A stretch of 64,000 nucleotides of DNA from Candidatus Bathyarchaeota archaeon. GTDB taxonomy: Archaea > Thermoproteota > Bathyarchaeia > Bathyarchaeales > Bathycorpusculaceae. Made by a program: the position numbers and the translations under genes. The DNA lies in the NCBI GenBank assembly GCA_963775685.1, contig CAVZJV010000014.1:2272001-2336000 (forward strand), given 5' to 3'. The notes beneath the pieces were generated by a model. That model did no database searches. It saw only the letters and a program-made list of their open reading frames with translations, and was not told where the DNA came from. Of this stretch, positions 53,941-64,000 are shown piece by piece (positions within the stretch are counted from its first letter, which is position 1; every line of letters begins with the position of its first letter).

Positions 53941-54816
53941 ATGACCGAAAACCTCAAAGACCTGACCAAAGTTGACTTGAAAAACCTCGATAAAATCTTC
54001 TACCCCAAAAACAAAGTAACCAAAGAACAAGTCGTCGAATACTACATCAGAATGGCGCCCAAAATCCTTCCCGTCATAGCGGACCGCCCCTTAGTTTTAA
54101 CAAGATATCCTGATGGCATTGAAGGTGAAACGACGAGTTTTTTCGAAAAAAACGCTCCTGAAGGCACACCTAATTGGGTTAAAATAAAAACAATCTACTC
54201 TTCAACTTCAAAACGAGATGTCAACTACATAGTTTGTAACGACTTGGATACCCTTATTTGGCTTGCAAACTTGGCAGCCCTGGAAATTCACATGCCCTTC
54301 TCTAAAATAGATGCTCTAGACAAGCCTGATTTCCTTTTCTTCGATGTTGACCCTGAACCTCCTGCAACTTTGAGCGACGCCGCCGAAGTTTCACAGCTGC
54401 TAAAAGAGAAGCTCCTCGATTTAGGGCTTACTCCTTACGTTAAAACATCGGGCAAAAAAGGCTTACATGTCATAATTCCCATTGAACCCCAACATACTTT
54501 TGAAAAGACAAGGGCTTTTGTGCATTATATAGGAATCGAACTTGCAAAAAGAAGCAACCTTGTTGTTTCTGAATTTAAAGACACAAAAAAACCGGGCAAG
54601 GTTTTTGCCGATTATTTGCAGAATTCTTCTCTACGAACAATGGTTATTCCCTACAGTTTGCGCCCAACGCCTGACGCCACCGTTTCAACGCCTCTTGAAT
54701 GGAGTGAAGTAAAGAGAGGCATGAATCCTTCTGATTACACAATTTCAAGTGTAGCTAAACGGACCAATAGTCCATGGAAAGACATTTTTGAGAAAAGAGC
54801 CATCTTGAAGATATAG
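53941..54816 (+). CDS. LigD primase-polymerase domain (stand-alone)
   Basis: RYPDG, FFEK, DVDP, KTSGKKGLH, DYLQN, PYSLR, STPLEW. Confidence 0.92.
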   Translation: MTENLKDLTKVDLKNLDKIFYPKNKVTKEQVVEYYIRMAPKILPVIADRPLVLTRYPDGIEGETTSFFEKNAPEGTPNWVKIKTIYSSTSKRDVNYIVCNDLDTLIWLANLAALEIHMPFSKIDALDKPDFLFFDVDPEPPATLSDAAEVSQLLKEKLLDLGLTPYVKTSGKKGLHVIIPIEPQHTFEKTRAFVHYIGIELAKRSNLVVSEFKDTKKPGKVFADYLQNSSLRTMVIPYSLRPTPDATVSTPLEWSEVKRGMNPSDYTISSVAKRTNSPWKDIFEKRAILKI

Positions 54817-54895
54817 TTTTTCAGAGTTGGCTAATCTTTAAAAGTCATACCTTATTTTTTGCTATTTAGACCATATATTCTTTGGGTGTGTAGTT

Positions 54896-56104
54896 ATGCA
54901 GTACCGGATTGTACCAAAAAACAACGACAAACTCTCCGCTCTCGGTTTCGGATGCATGCGTCTGCCTATGAAAGGGCAAGTCGTCGATGAAGAACGTGCC
55001 ATCAAACAAATCCGTCTCGCAATAGACAACGGCGTAAACTATGTTGACTCCGCTCCACCCTATCATATGGGAGAAAGCGAAAAAATCCTCGGTAAAGCTT
55101 TGCTTGATGGCTACCGAAACAAAGTAAAAGTCGCAACAAAACTCACTCCCTTCATGCTTAGACGTGCCGAAGACATGGAGAAAATGCTCAACCTGCAACT
55201 GCAGAAACTTCAAACTGACCACATAGACTACTACCTTTTACATGGGTTAGAGGCAGAGTTTTGGAAGAAAATGCGGGGATTTGGAGTTCTAAAATTTTTA
55301 GAGAAAGCAAACGATGAAGGAAAAATCGTTAACATGGGCTTTTCCTTTCATGGTTCACTTTCAACTTTTAAAGAAATCATCGGAGCCAACGATTGGACCA
55401 TGTGCCAAATCCAATACAATTTCCTTGACGAAAAACTGCAGGCAGGTACTGAAGGTCTCAAGTATGCTACTTCCCAAAAGCTTGCGGTTATGGTCATGGA
55501 GCCCCTACGTGGCGGCTGCTTAGCTAATAAACTGCCCAACGAAGCCAAAAAATTCTATGATAATGCAGCAATTAAGCGAAGTCCAGCTGAGTGGGGGCTA
55601 CGGTGGGTTTGGAATCATCCCGAAGTAACCCTTGTGCTTTCAGGTATGAACGAGGAAAGCCAAGTGATAGAAAACATTAGAACTGCTAAAACAGCCCTTC
55701 CAAACTCCATGAAACCAGACGAACTCGAAGTGATAAAACGGGTTGATGACGCCTACCGAAAACTTCTCAAGGCCCCTTGCACAGGGTGCCAGTACTGCAT
55801 GCCTTGCATAAATGGCGTAAACATCCCCCGCAATTTCCAAGCCTACAACGAATTGTATCTGTCAGGCGACGAGCAACAAACCCGCAGCATGTACGCCATG
55901 TTTCTGATGGGTGGTTTGACGGGTACACGGGCGGATGCAGCGTTGTGCAAGGGCTGTGAAAAATGTTTAGAACGTTGTCCACAACACATAAACATCCCTG
56001 AGAAACTAAAGGAAGTTGCCAAAGACTTGGGCGGTCCCAAAGCGGAAGAGGCTATTGCCGCTTTGAAAAACAACATAGCGCAGTTCCCAAATAGAAAACC
56101 ATAA
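54896..56104 (+). CDS. aldo/keto reductase with C-terminal 4Fe-4S domain
   Basis: LGFGCMRLP, IDYYLLH, MEPLRGG, CTGCQYCMPC, CKGCEKCLERCP. Confidence 0.9.
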   Translation: MQYRIVPKNNDKLSALGFGCMRLPMKGQVVDEERAIKQIRLAIDNGVNYVDSAPPYHMGESEKILGKALLDGYRNKVKVATKLTPFMLRRAEDMEKMLNLQLQKLQTDHIDYYLLHGLEAEFWKKMRGFGVLKFLEKANDEGKIVNMGFSFHGSLSTFKEIIGANDWTMCQIQYNFLDEKLQAGTEGLKYATSQKLAVMVMEPLRGGCLANKLPNEAKKFYDNAAIKRSPAEWGLRWVWNHPEVTLVLSGMNEESQVIENIRTAKTALPNSMKPDELEVIKRVDDAYRKLLKAPCTGCQYCMPCINGVNIPRNFQAYNELYLSGDEQQTRSMYAMFLMGGLTGTRADAALCKGCEKCLERCPQHINIPEKLKEVAKDLGGPKAEEAIAALKNNIAQFPNRKP

Positions 56105-56242
56105 AATGAATCGGTTGGAACATGCCTTTAGTTAAGAGCGCCTCTTCTGCTTCATGATGTCGGGGATTCAGAAAAAGGTTAAACCCTTGAAGACGTATAG
56201 TTTATTTTAAGCAGATTTTGACGGTTTTGGAGAGTTAAAATT

Positions 56243-57079
56243 TTGAGCTCAGAGCAAGAAGAACAAGAAAATATTAATCAGCCTGAAGAGAAAACCAGTG
56301 CTGCTGCCCCCAGCAGGTCCATTTGGTCAGGAAACATCACCATTGGCTTGGTGAATGTTCCTGTAAAGTTATTCTCTATGATCTACGATAAGGGCATAAC
56401 TTTTCATTTTTTGCATAAAGTAGACGGTCAACCCCTAAAATACGTAAAAATGTGCACCAAAGACGACAAAATAGTACCCTGGAACGAGGTTGTCCGCGGC
56501 TACGAGGTCGCCAAAAACGAATATATAACCTTTGACCAAAAAGAACTCAACAGTGCCAAACCCGAATCTGACAGGCGCATCCGCATAAGCAAATTTGTCG
56601 ACTACTTCTCTGTGGACCCCGTTTACTTTGACCGAACATATGCTTTGCTTCCTGACAAAAGCAAAGATGCCTACAGTCTACTTTATAAGGCATTGGAAAA
56701 AACTAACAAAGCTGGTGCTGCACGGATAACCTTGCGAACCAAAGAATACCCCGCGCTTCTCCATACATACAAAGGTGCATTGGTCCTAACTACTCTTCGT
56801 TACGCTTACGATGTCGTTGACCCGGCCGATTTTGAGCCCCTGCATAAACTTGAGACGCCGCAGAAAACCGAATTAGACCTTGCCATTAAAATCGTCACAG
56901 ACCTCTCAGGTGAATTTGACATAACAGAATTCGAAGACACCTACCTTAAACGCGTCCAAGAACTGGTCAAGCAGAAGGTAAAAGGAGAAAAAATCCACAT
57001 AGAGAAACCTCCAGAAATTGAAGCTAAAAGTCTCATGGTTGCTCTTCGAGAAACCCTCAAACAGTTGGAGCAAAAATGA
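56243..57079 (+). CDS. ku: NHEJ DNA end-binding protein Ku
   Basis: RSIWSGNITIGLVNVPVKL, VRGYE, DPVYFDRTY, LMVALRETL. Confidence 0.93.
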   Translation: MSSEQEEQENINQPEEKTSAAAPSRSIWSGNITIGLVNVPVKLFSMIYDKGITFHFLHKVDGQPLKYVKMCTKDDKIVPWNEVVRGYEVAKNEYITFDQKELNSAKPESDRRIRISKFVDYFSVDPVYFDRTYALLPDKSKDAYSLLYKALEKTNKAGAARITLRTKEYPALLHTYKGALVLTTLRYAYDVVDPADFEPLHKLETPQKTELDLAIKIVTDLSGEFDITEFEDTYLKRVQELVKQKVKGEKIHIEKPPEIEAKSLMVALRETLKQLEQK

Positions 57080-58509
57080 GTCGACACATCTATCGCCCTA
57101 TGCTTGCAAAGGTCGCCGAGGAACCTTTTTCCGATAAAGACTGGATTTTTGAAGTAAAATGGGATGGATTTCGGGCAATAGCCTACGTTGAGGAAGCCTA
57201 TAGCCTAAAGAGCCGAAACGAGAAAGAGCTAAAACAAAACTTTCCAGAACTATACGAACTAAACAAACTAGCCAGCAACATCGTGGTTGACGGCGAAATC
57301 GTCGTTATGCGAGAAGGCAAACCAGACTTCCAATCCCTTCTCGAACGCGGTCAAGCAGTTTCGTCGGGTGAAATTCAAAGGCAAGCAAGTAGGGCACAAG
57401 TCGTTTACATAGTCTTTGACATACTGGAAAAAGATGGAAACCCACTCACCACGTTGCCTTTGATGGAACGCAAAGCGATCCTTAAGGATTCGCTTAGGGA
57501 GGGTTCGAATGTGCTTTTGTGTGATTTTATCGAGGAGAAAGGTGAAGCCTATTTTCAGTCGGCTTTGGAGAAGGGTTTGGAGGGGATTGTGGCTAAGAGG
57601 AAGAATGGTGAGTATGAAGAAGGTTTGCGGACGGGGAGTTGGTTGAAAATAAAGAAACTCAAAACATGTGACTGCGTAATCTTCGGTTACACTCGGGGGA
57701 CAGCGATTAGGGCGCAAACTTTTGGTGCCCTGCTTCTTGGCCTCTACGATAAAGAGGGCAAACCAGTTTACGTAGGTAAAGTTGGTACGGGCTTTACGCA
57801 GAAGACGATAGGCGTTTTAGCTGATAAATTTGAAAAAATAAAAATCGATGCCGCGCCATTCAAGCCCGAAGCTGGCGACGTAGTGACTTGGCTTGACCCC
57901 AAACTGGTCTGTGAAGTGGCTTATCAAGTGTTAACAAGGGACATGAGGTTGCGTATGGCGCGGTTTAAGCGTTTAAGGGATGACAAGCAGCCCTCAGAAT
58001 GCACAATCGACCAGATTGTTGAAGCCAAAAAAACCGAAACATCTGCCCCCATCGACGACGACAAGCTTTTCGATTATGCAGGGAAAAGACATTTTGAGGA
58101 AACACCAGAACCAAGAGCTACTGTTGAAAAAAAGGAAGACAAACTAATCTTCGTAATCCAAGAGCACCACGCACGAAGGCTCCACTACGACCTAAGATTG
58201 GAAAAGGATGGGGTTTTGAAGAGTTGGGCGGTTCCCAAAGGCATACCTGAGGCTGGGAAAAAGGTTTTGGCTGTGGAGGTCGAGGACCATCCTTACGAAT
58301 ATGCCAGTTTTGCGGGTGAAATCCCAAAGGGGCAGTATGGGGCTGGAACGGTGAAAATCTGGGATAAGGGGCACTATGAAGCCAAACTGTGGGAGGGCGA
58401 CAAAATTGAGTTTACCTTAGATGGTGACCGCCTCAAGGGACGCTACATTCTGGTGCGGCTAAAGCGGGCGAACGACAAAGATTGGCTCCTTTTAAAGGGA
58501 AAAGAATAA
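57076..58509 (+). CDS. ligD: LigD ATP-dependent ligase fused to C-terminal 3'-phosphoesterase domain
   Basis: EVKWDG, EGIVAKR, WLKIK, VGTGF, then FVIQEHHARRLHYDLRLE..SWAVPKG. Confidence 0.92.
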   Translation: MSRHIYRPMLAKVAEEPFSDKDWIFEVKWDGFRAIAYVEEAYSLKSRNEKELKQNFPELYELNKLASNIVVDGEIVVMREGKPDFQSLLERGQAVSSGEIQRQASRAQVVYIVFDILEKDGNPLTTLPLMERKAILKDSLREGSNVLLCDFIEEKGEAYFQSALEKGLEGIVAKRKNGEYEEGLRTGSWLKIKKLKTCDCVIFGYTRGTAIRAQTFGALLLGLYDKEGKPVYVGKVGTGFTQKTIGVLADKFEKIKIDAAPFKPEAGDVVTWLDPKLVCEVAYQVLTRDMRLRMARFKRLRDDKQPSECTIDQIVEAKKTETSAPIDDDKLFDYAGKRHFEETPEPRATVEKKEDKLIFVIQEHHARRLHYDLRLEKDGVLKSWAVPKGIPEAGKKVLAVEVEDHPYEYASFAGEIPKGQYGAGTVKIWDKGHYEAKLWEGDKIEFTLDGDRLKGRYILVRLKRANDKDWLLLKGKE

Positions 58510-58510
58510 T

Positions 58511-59251
58511 ATGGCAAATCTTCATTTGGGCACGATTGGCTGGAGCTACAATTTCTGGAAGGGCAAACTCTACCCCGACAAAACTAACCCAAAAGATTAC
58601 TTAGCCTACTACGCCTCGCAGTTCAATACTGTTGAAGTTGACAGCACGTTCTACCGAATCCCAACCCAACTGACTGTAACTAACTGGAAACAGCGAACCC
58701 CCGATGGCTTCAATTTTTCGCTCAAGTTTCCCCAAATGATAACGCACATTAAGATGCTCAAGGACTGCAAGTATGAAACAGGCATTTTTCTTGACACGGT
58801 AAGCTTGCTTGAAGAAAAGCTGGGTGTTTTGCTTTTGCAATTTCCGCCAAACTTTGGCGTTAATCACTTTCCTGATTTGATGGATTATTTAGATAAGCTG
58901 CCAAAAACGCATCGTTATGTGGTTGAGGTCAGAAACAAAGGGTGGCTAAACAATGAATTCTATTCCCTTTTAAGAAGCAGCAAGGTTGCTTTGGCATGGA
59001 CTGACAGCCCCATTATGACCCCAATAAACGAAGTCACCTCGGATTTCCTATATGTTAGATGGGAGGGCGACCGAAAAAAAGTCAATGGCCTTTTGGGCAA
59101 AATAGAAGCCGACAGGGAAGAAGATCTGAAGTTGGAGGCAGAAAAAATCAAGCCATTCCTAAGCAAAAAGGAAGTTTTCGGCTACTTCGGCAAATACTAC
59201 TCAGGATACCCGCCTTCTGATGTAAGTTTCCTTAATAGTCTGTTGGTGTAG
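58511..59251 (+). CDS. DUF72 (YecE) family protein
   Basis: GTIGWSY, VEVDSTFY, LLQFPP, VEVR. Confidence 0.88.
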   Translation: MANLHLGTIGWSYNFWKGKLYPDKTNPKDYLAYYASQFNTVEVDSTFYRIPTQLTVTNWKQRTPDGFNFSLKFPQMITHIKMLKDCKYETGIFLDTVSLLEEKLGVLLLQFPPNFGVNHFPDLMDYLDKLPKTHRYVVEVRNKGWLNNEFYSLLRSSKVALAWTDSPIMTPINEVTSDFLYVRWEGDRKKVNGLLGKIEADREEDLKLEAEKIKPFLSKKEVFGYFGKYYSGYPPSDVSFLNSLLV

Positions 59252-59383
59252 CTTTTTTTATCTTTTTCTAGTGGTGCGCCAATTTGTTTTTCGGAAGCAA
59301 CCAAGATATTTTCAAGGTGAATAGGAAACAAACAGCTAAATAACAAGCAAAAATGAAGTATAATCAGAATAGGCGACGCAAGA

Positions 59384-59890
59384 ATGGACACCGATAAACT
59401 TTTTGAATTAGCTAAACCCTATCTTGAAAAAAACGAATTCGGATTATCTCATACTCAAAGAGTCTTTAACATTGCCAAACAGAATTTTACGGTTAAACCC
59501 CAATTGGAAGAGCTAACTCTTACAGCAATTATTTTTCATGACATCGGCGGCTGCACCATTAAGGATCAATACGAGAAGGGTCCCCAAATAACAAAATGTA
59601 TACTTGAGAAGTTAAATTACCCGGAACAATTCATCCGGCAGGTTTGCGAGATAATTAGTGCTCACCATGAACACCCTGAAAACCCATCTGAACCTTTTAA
59701 GGCACTCTACGACTCGGATAAGATAGTTATGTTTTCCCCAGAAGAATACTCGTGCCACAATGCACGAGAAGGCTTTGACTGGGACAAAATCGTTTCGCAG
59801 ATCTACACTACGAAGGGGCAAGATTTAGCCAAAAAAGCTTTGACGCAGAGAAAAAAGGAAAATGGCGAGCGTGAAACCCATGTTTTTTGA
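59384..59890 (+). CDS. HD-domain hydrolase
   Basis: HTQRV, FHDIG, HH, DSD. Confidence 0.82.
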   Translation: MDTDKLFELAKPYLEKNEFGLSHTQRVFNIAKQNFTVKPQLEELTLTAIIFHDIGGCTIKDQYEKGPQITKCILEKLNYPEQFIRQVCEIISAHHEHPENPSEPFKALYDSDKIVMFSPEEYSCHNAREGFDWDKIVSQIYTTKGQDLAKKALTQRKKENGERETHVF

Positions 59891-60494
59891 GCAAATTCAG
59901 CGGCACAGCGACAACTTCTCGTACATTATAGCAGATGAAAACACCAAGGAAGCAGCGGTTGTTGACTCAAGCTACAACGCTGACGCACTGGCCAAAATCA
60001 TAAAAAACCAAACATTCCAATTAAAATACGTCATAAGTACCCATGGGCACTCGGACCACACTGCTGGTAACACAGAATTAGTCTCTATGTTTGGAGCAAA
60101 ACAAGTTTCCCACAAGCTATCCACGGTACTTCATGACATTTCAGTCGAAGAAGGTGATGTTTTAAATGTTGGCAAGGTCTCCTTGAAAATTATTTACACA
60201 CCGGGGCACACTACTGACAGCATCTGCCTTCTTGTAGACAACCAAAAACTGCTAACGGGCGATACGTTATTTGTGGGCGAATGCGGAAGTACAGATTTTC
60301 CGGGCGGCAACTCAAAAAGCATGTATGAGAGCCTTTTTGGTAAGCTTACAAAACTTGACGATGATGTGGAAATCTATCCGGGACACGACTATGGAAGTAA
60401 ACCGTCATCAACTATTGGCGAAGAAAAAAAGGCAAACTACACTCTACAACCCAGAAGCCTCAAAGATTTCCTTGAATTCATGAGTCAACCCTAA
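59862..60494 (+). CDS. MBL-fold hydrolase (glyoxalase II-like)
   Basis: THGHSDH, TPGHT, TGDTLF, PGHDY. Confidence 0.88.
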   Translation: MASVKPMFFEQIQRHSDNFSYIIADENTKEAAVVDSSYNADALAKIIKNQTFQLKYVISTHGHSDHTAGNTELVSMFGAKQVSHKLSTVLHDISVEEGDVLNVGKVSLKIIYTPGHTTDSICLLVDNQKLLTGDTLFVGECGSTDFPGGNSKSMYESLFGKLTKLDDDVEIYPGHDYGSKPSSTIGEEKKANYTLQPRSLKDFLEFMSQP

Positions 60495-60497
60495 CAG

Positions 60498-61400
60498 TTA
60501 ATCACGCTTTCTTCTTCTAGCAATCAAAGCCACTGTAACTAACACAGCAATAAAAAATATGGCAATTGCCAAGATTTCCGGATGAATCAGAATCTCAAAC
60601 ATCAAAATAAGGGTTTGACCAATAGAGCTGTTGGCGAATGTTTGGGGGACCGTGTTTTCCACTGACACAGGCAACCCCCTATAGTCTATTTCTGAAGGCA
60701 AAATTACTGAATTCTCTTTTAACCATCCACTAAGCGGGTAAAAGCCCACGTTACTTATTTCCCAAGCGAATAGCGTGGCAACTCCATAAACATCCAATGT
60801 AGAAACTTTTTCAGGCGAACTCCCACGGGTGTAGTATGCGTTCATTAAATCCCCCGTATAGTTGCTGTGTCCCAACCCTAAACTGTGCCCCAACTCGTGA
60901 AGGGCAACATTTTGCAAGTCTCCTTCATTTAACGAGTCTCCATGGTGGGTGTGGGCTGCAAGCATAACCGTGCAATTATTGATAGTGTTTCGGTAGTTTG
61001 CTGAGATCTGTGATAAGCCTATTTCATCAGTTGTATTGCTAAATGGCGTGGTAGTCCATTCAACATAGATGTCAAATCCAGATCGTGAAGTGTTTGAAAC
61101 CGTCGGCAGAATCGTAAGACTAGATAAATATGAAAAGTCGGAGTTGTTTGATGCAAAAGCAGCGATGGCTTCATTCCATTGGTCGATTGCTCGTAGGGCG
61201 ACGTTAAGGTACAAATTACTCCACCAAGACTCATTATTGGACGTAACTATAAGCGCGTTTAATGCTGTATGATTCCAAACAAACCCTTGAAGCTGCAGGG
61301 AATACTCATCCTTGACTTGCGCCAGAGCTCCGCTACAACTATTAAAACAAGCTACAAAAATTAAGCTTGAAATCCATAAAAAGAACAAAAATCTGCGCAT
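60498..61400 (-). CDS. matrixin-type (M10) zinc metalloprotease, membrane anchored
   Basis: HELGHSLGLGH plus Met-turn; signal peptide and C-terminal TM. Confidence 0.85.
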   Translation of the reverse strand: MRRFLFFLWISSLIFVACFNSCSGALAQVKDEYSLQLQGFVWNHTALNALIVTSNNESWWSNLYLNVALRAIDQWNEAIAAFASNNSDFSYLSSLTILPTVSNTSRSGFDIYVEWTTTPFSNTTDEIGLSQISANYRNTINNCTVMLAAHTHHGDSLNEGDLQNVALHELGHSLGLGHSNYTGDLMNAYYTRGSSPEKVSTLDVYGVATLFAWEISNVGFYPLSGWLKENSVILPSEIDYRGLPVSVENTVPQTFANSSIGQTLILMFEILIHPEILAIAIFFIAVLVTVALIARRRKRD

Positions 61401-61867
61401 TCTGCTCCTAGCACTAAAAAGGGATTGCCACCTTTAAGTTTTCTTGAAGATGCAATCTTATGATATGAAGCAAAAAGCTGAGATATCGAGCAAAATTAAC
61501 TGCTAACCTCCAGAACAGAAGAGTCTGTTTAACTTTCATTTCAGAATAAATACGCCGCGTTTATTCAGATACTTTTTTATTGCTGCTGTTCTAAACAATG
61601 GGTTTAAAAGTTAACGCTTAATACCCTTAAAGAATACAAAACTTAAAAAGTTAAAGAAAACATATGAGAGAACGTAATGGAAAATAGATTTGTGATCTCT
61701 TGCGTAAACCAAAAGGAGCGCTTTGAAGCTGTTAATTGCGGCGTAATCATCAAAATCAAATCGGAGATTATTTCTGCTATTCCTCAGTTCGGATTCGTGT
61801 TAACCATTAGAAACTTGAATCAGGCTGGTGGATATACATAATAATTTTCGACTTAATATCCATAACC

Positions 61868-63082
61868 TTGCTTGCGGCACTTCTTTTTTGGACAATCTAC
61901 AACGGTTCAATAATATATGTGGGAATAAGAAGTAACCGCAAGCAGCAGTTAACCCCCAAAAAAAATGCGATTGGTGACTTGCCTAAGTTTTCAATTATTG
62001 TTCCAACAAAAAATGAGGAAACTGTTATCCGTCGTTGCCTAGACGGCATATTTAATCTAGATTACCCTAAAAATAAAATGCAAGTAATCGTGGTTGACGG
62101 AAAATCAAACGATAATACTGGCAAAATATGCTCAGAGTTTTCCCAGAAATACCCTGAAAACATCCAATTCATCTGTGAGAAAACTGTAAAAGGCAAGCCA
62201 GCTGCCCTCAACCTTGCCCTTTCACACGTTAACGGCGATATCGTGGGAGTTTTTGACGCCGATAGTCTTCCTGAAAGAGATGTCTTATCGAAAGTCGCAT
62301 TTTACTTTAACGATAATAAAATTATGGCAATTCAAGGCAGAACAACATCAATTAACGAAAGAACAAATGCCCTCACAAGAGTTATTGCCTCAGAAGAGAG
62401 AGCCTGGTTCCAAATGCTGCTTAGTGGAAGAGAAAAACTGCAGCTATTCGTTCCACTAACTGGAAGCTGCCAATTCGTTAGGCGCACCGTTGTCGAAGAA
62501 CTCCACGGGTGGGATGAAAATTCATTGACTGAAGACGTGGAATTTGCATTAAGGATGGTTGAAAAGAACCATCACATCAAATATGCACCCGATATTTGCT
62601 CAGGACAAGAAACACCCAACGCCATAGGTACTCTCTTTAAGCAAAGAGTTCGTTGGTATAGAGGCTACATGGAAACAGCCATTAAATATGGACGCCTCCT
62701 CGACAAACTTAACAAAAGAACCATCGACGCAGAAATCTCGATGGCGGGACCATTCATGATGGTTGTTTCCCTTCTAAGCTACATTAACTGGTTCTTTGTC
62801 GCACTGTTCCTCTCACAAAGCAATCCCGTTATAAACTTCACCGGTTTAGTAATAGCTCTAACAGCAGTTTCACTTGTATCGATAGGCTTAGGATTGATGG
62901 CATCTGAAAAACCCATCAAAACTCGCAATGCCCTCTGGATCCCCTTCATTTACGTTTACTGGCTTTCCCAGATGTTCATTGCAGGTTGGGCATTCTTAAA
63001 GCTAATTTTTAGAAGAAAAAGAGTTTGGACAAAAACAGCTAAACAGGGACTCAACATTTCAGATTCCATGTTGAGTGAATAA
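61868..63082 (+). CDS. GT2 glycosyltransferase (cellulose synthase-like)
   Basis: KPAALN, FDAD, TED, QRVRW. Confidence 0.88.
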   Translation: MLAALLFWTIYNGSIIYVGIRSNRKQQLTPKKNAIGDLPKFSIIVPTKNEETVIRRCLDGIFNLDYPKNKMQVIVVDGKSNDNTGKICSEFSQKYPENIQFICEKTVKGKPAALNLALSHVNGDIVGVFDADSLPERDVLSKVAFYFNDNKIMAIQGRTTSINERTNALTRVIASEERAWFQMLLSGREKLQLFVPLTGSCQFVRRTVVEELHGWDENSLTEDVEFALRMVEKNHHIKYAPDICSGQETPNAIGTLFKQRVRWYRGYMETAIKYGRLLDKLNKRTIDAEISMAGPFMMVVSLLSYINWFFVALFLSQSNPVINFTGLVIALTAVSLVSIGLGLMASEKPIKTRNALWIPFIYVYWLSQMFIAGWAFLKLIFRRKRVWTKTAKQGLNISDSMLSE

Positions 63083-63087
63083 TTAGT

Positions 63088-64000
63088 ATGAGAATCTGTT
63101 TCGTCTCCTCCTACCCATCCAATCAAGCTAGACTAAGCGAGTACGCCTATAACCTTTTAATGGAGATAGCAAAAAGACCCGCCATTAGCAAAGTTTACGT
63201 TTTGGCAGACACAGTTAAAGCTTTTGGGGAAAAATCCGCTAGAAACTCCAAAGTCGAAGTGCGGAGGGTTTGAATGGCAGATAATCCTCTATTTATAACA
63301 GCTATACTGAAAAAATTATAAAATTGAAACCGGGTATTGTCAATTTTAACATTTATTTTCAAAGCTACGGCAGAAATAGGGTAACAAAGTTTATCGGCTT
63401 CTCCCCTGCGCCCCTGTCAAGGATTTTTGAGTTCAAAACAATGGTTCTCCTGCACAATTTAGGAAACAAAGTTGATTTAAAAAAAGTAAAGGCTAAAACC
63501 CCAATCTAATCAACAAGATACGCTTACTTGTAGCCACTATGCTTGTCCTTTCCGCCTCAAGCACATTTGTAACGGTTCAATCCTACGTCGAGTACATAAA
63601 GAAGCGTTATTGGAATAACACTGTTCTGTACATACCTCATGGTACCATAGCAGCCAAAACAATACCAATACAAAGTGGCGAAGAAGAAGTAATCCTAATG
63701 TTTGGGCATATGAGGCCCTCAAAGTGGATCGATGTGTTGTTCCAATTATTTGAAAATCTTAGTAAAGAAACGGCAAAAATTAAACTTGTTATCGCAGGAA
63801 ATAACCACCCAAATTTATCAGGCCACCTCAAAAGGAATAAGAAAATCGCTCCGCAAAAGGTTGACTTTCTTGGATACGTCTAGGAAGAAACATTCCAAAA
63901 TGTATTGGGCAAAGCCGATGTCTTTGTGTCGCCCTATTCTACTTCCACTGGTACAAGCAGTGCCTTTCATCTTGCCAGCGGCTTTGGAAAGCTAATAGTG
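63088..64000 (+). pseudogene. GT4 glycosyltransferase, disrupted by several stops/frameshifts, runs off window
   Basis: MRICFVSSYP, YIPHG, FGHMRPSK; stops at 63271, 63507 and 63881. Confidence 0.7.

Overview
Archaeal chromosomal window, most consistent with Bathyarchaeia. The basis is tRNAs with D-arm insertions, TATA-type promoters, and a family of large PQQ-like beta-propeller surface proteins ending in a TM helix plus LRKR[PS]; the taxonomy is inference. In order it holds: the 3' part of a cbb3-type (C-family) oxidase operon; a PAS histidine kinase; a decayed island at tRNA-Arg(CCT); vapBC; a nickel ECF transporter with larBCE; tRNA-Leu(TAA); a redox cassette; three more beta-propeller paralogs; an SNF2/YqhG-like/Mrr operon next to orphan contractile-tail tube genes; and a complete Ku-LigD NHEJ set. 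The most novel signal is a ~100-nt structured non-coding element with covarying stems after the last gene of each beta-propeller locus. Its 3' half also forms a perfect 39-bp direct repeat around one of these genes, suggesting a cassette-like system for surface proteins. Many genes have single-base indels that are probably sequencing errors. All calls come from reading motifs by eye; no database searches were run.
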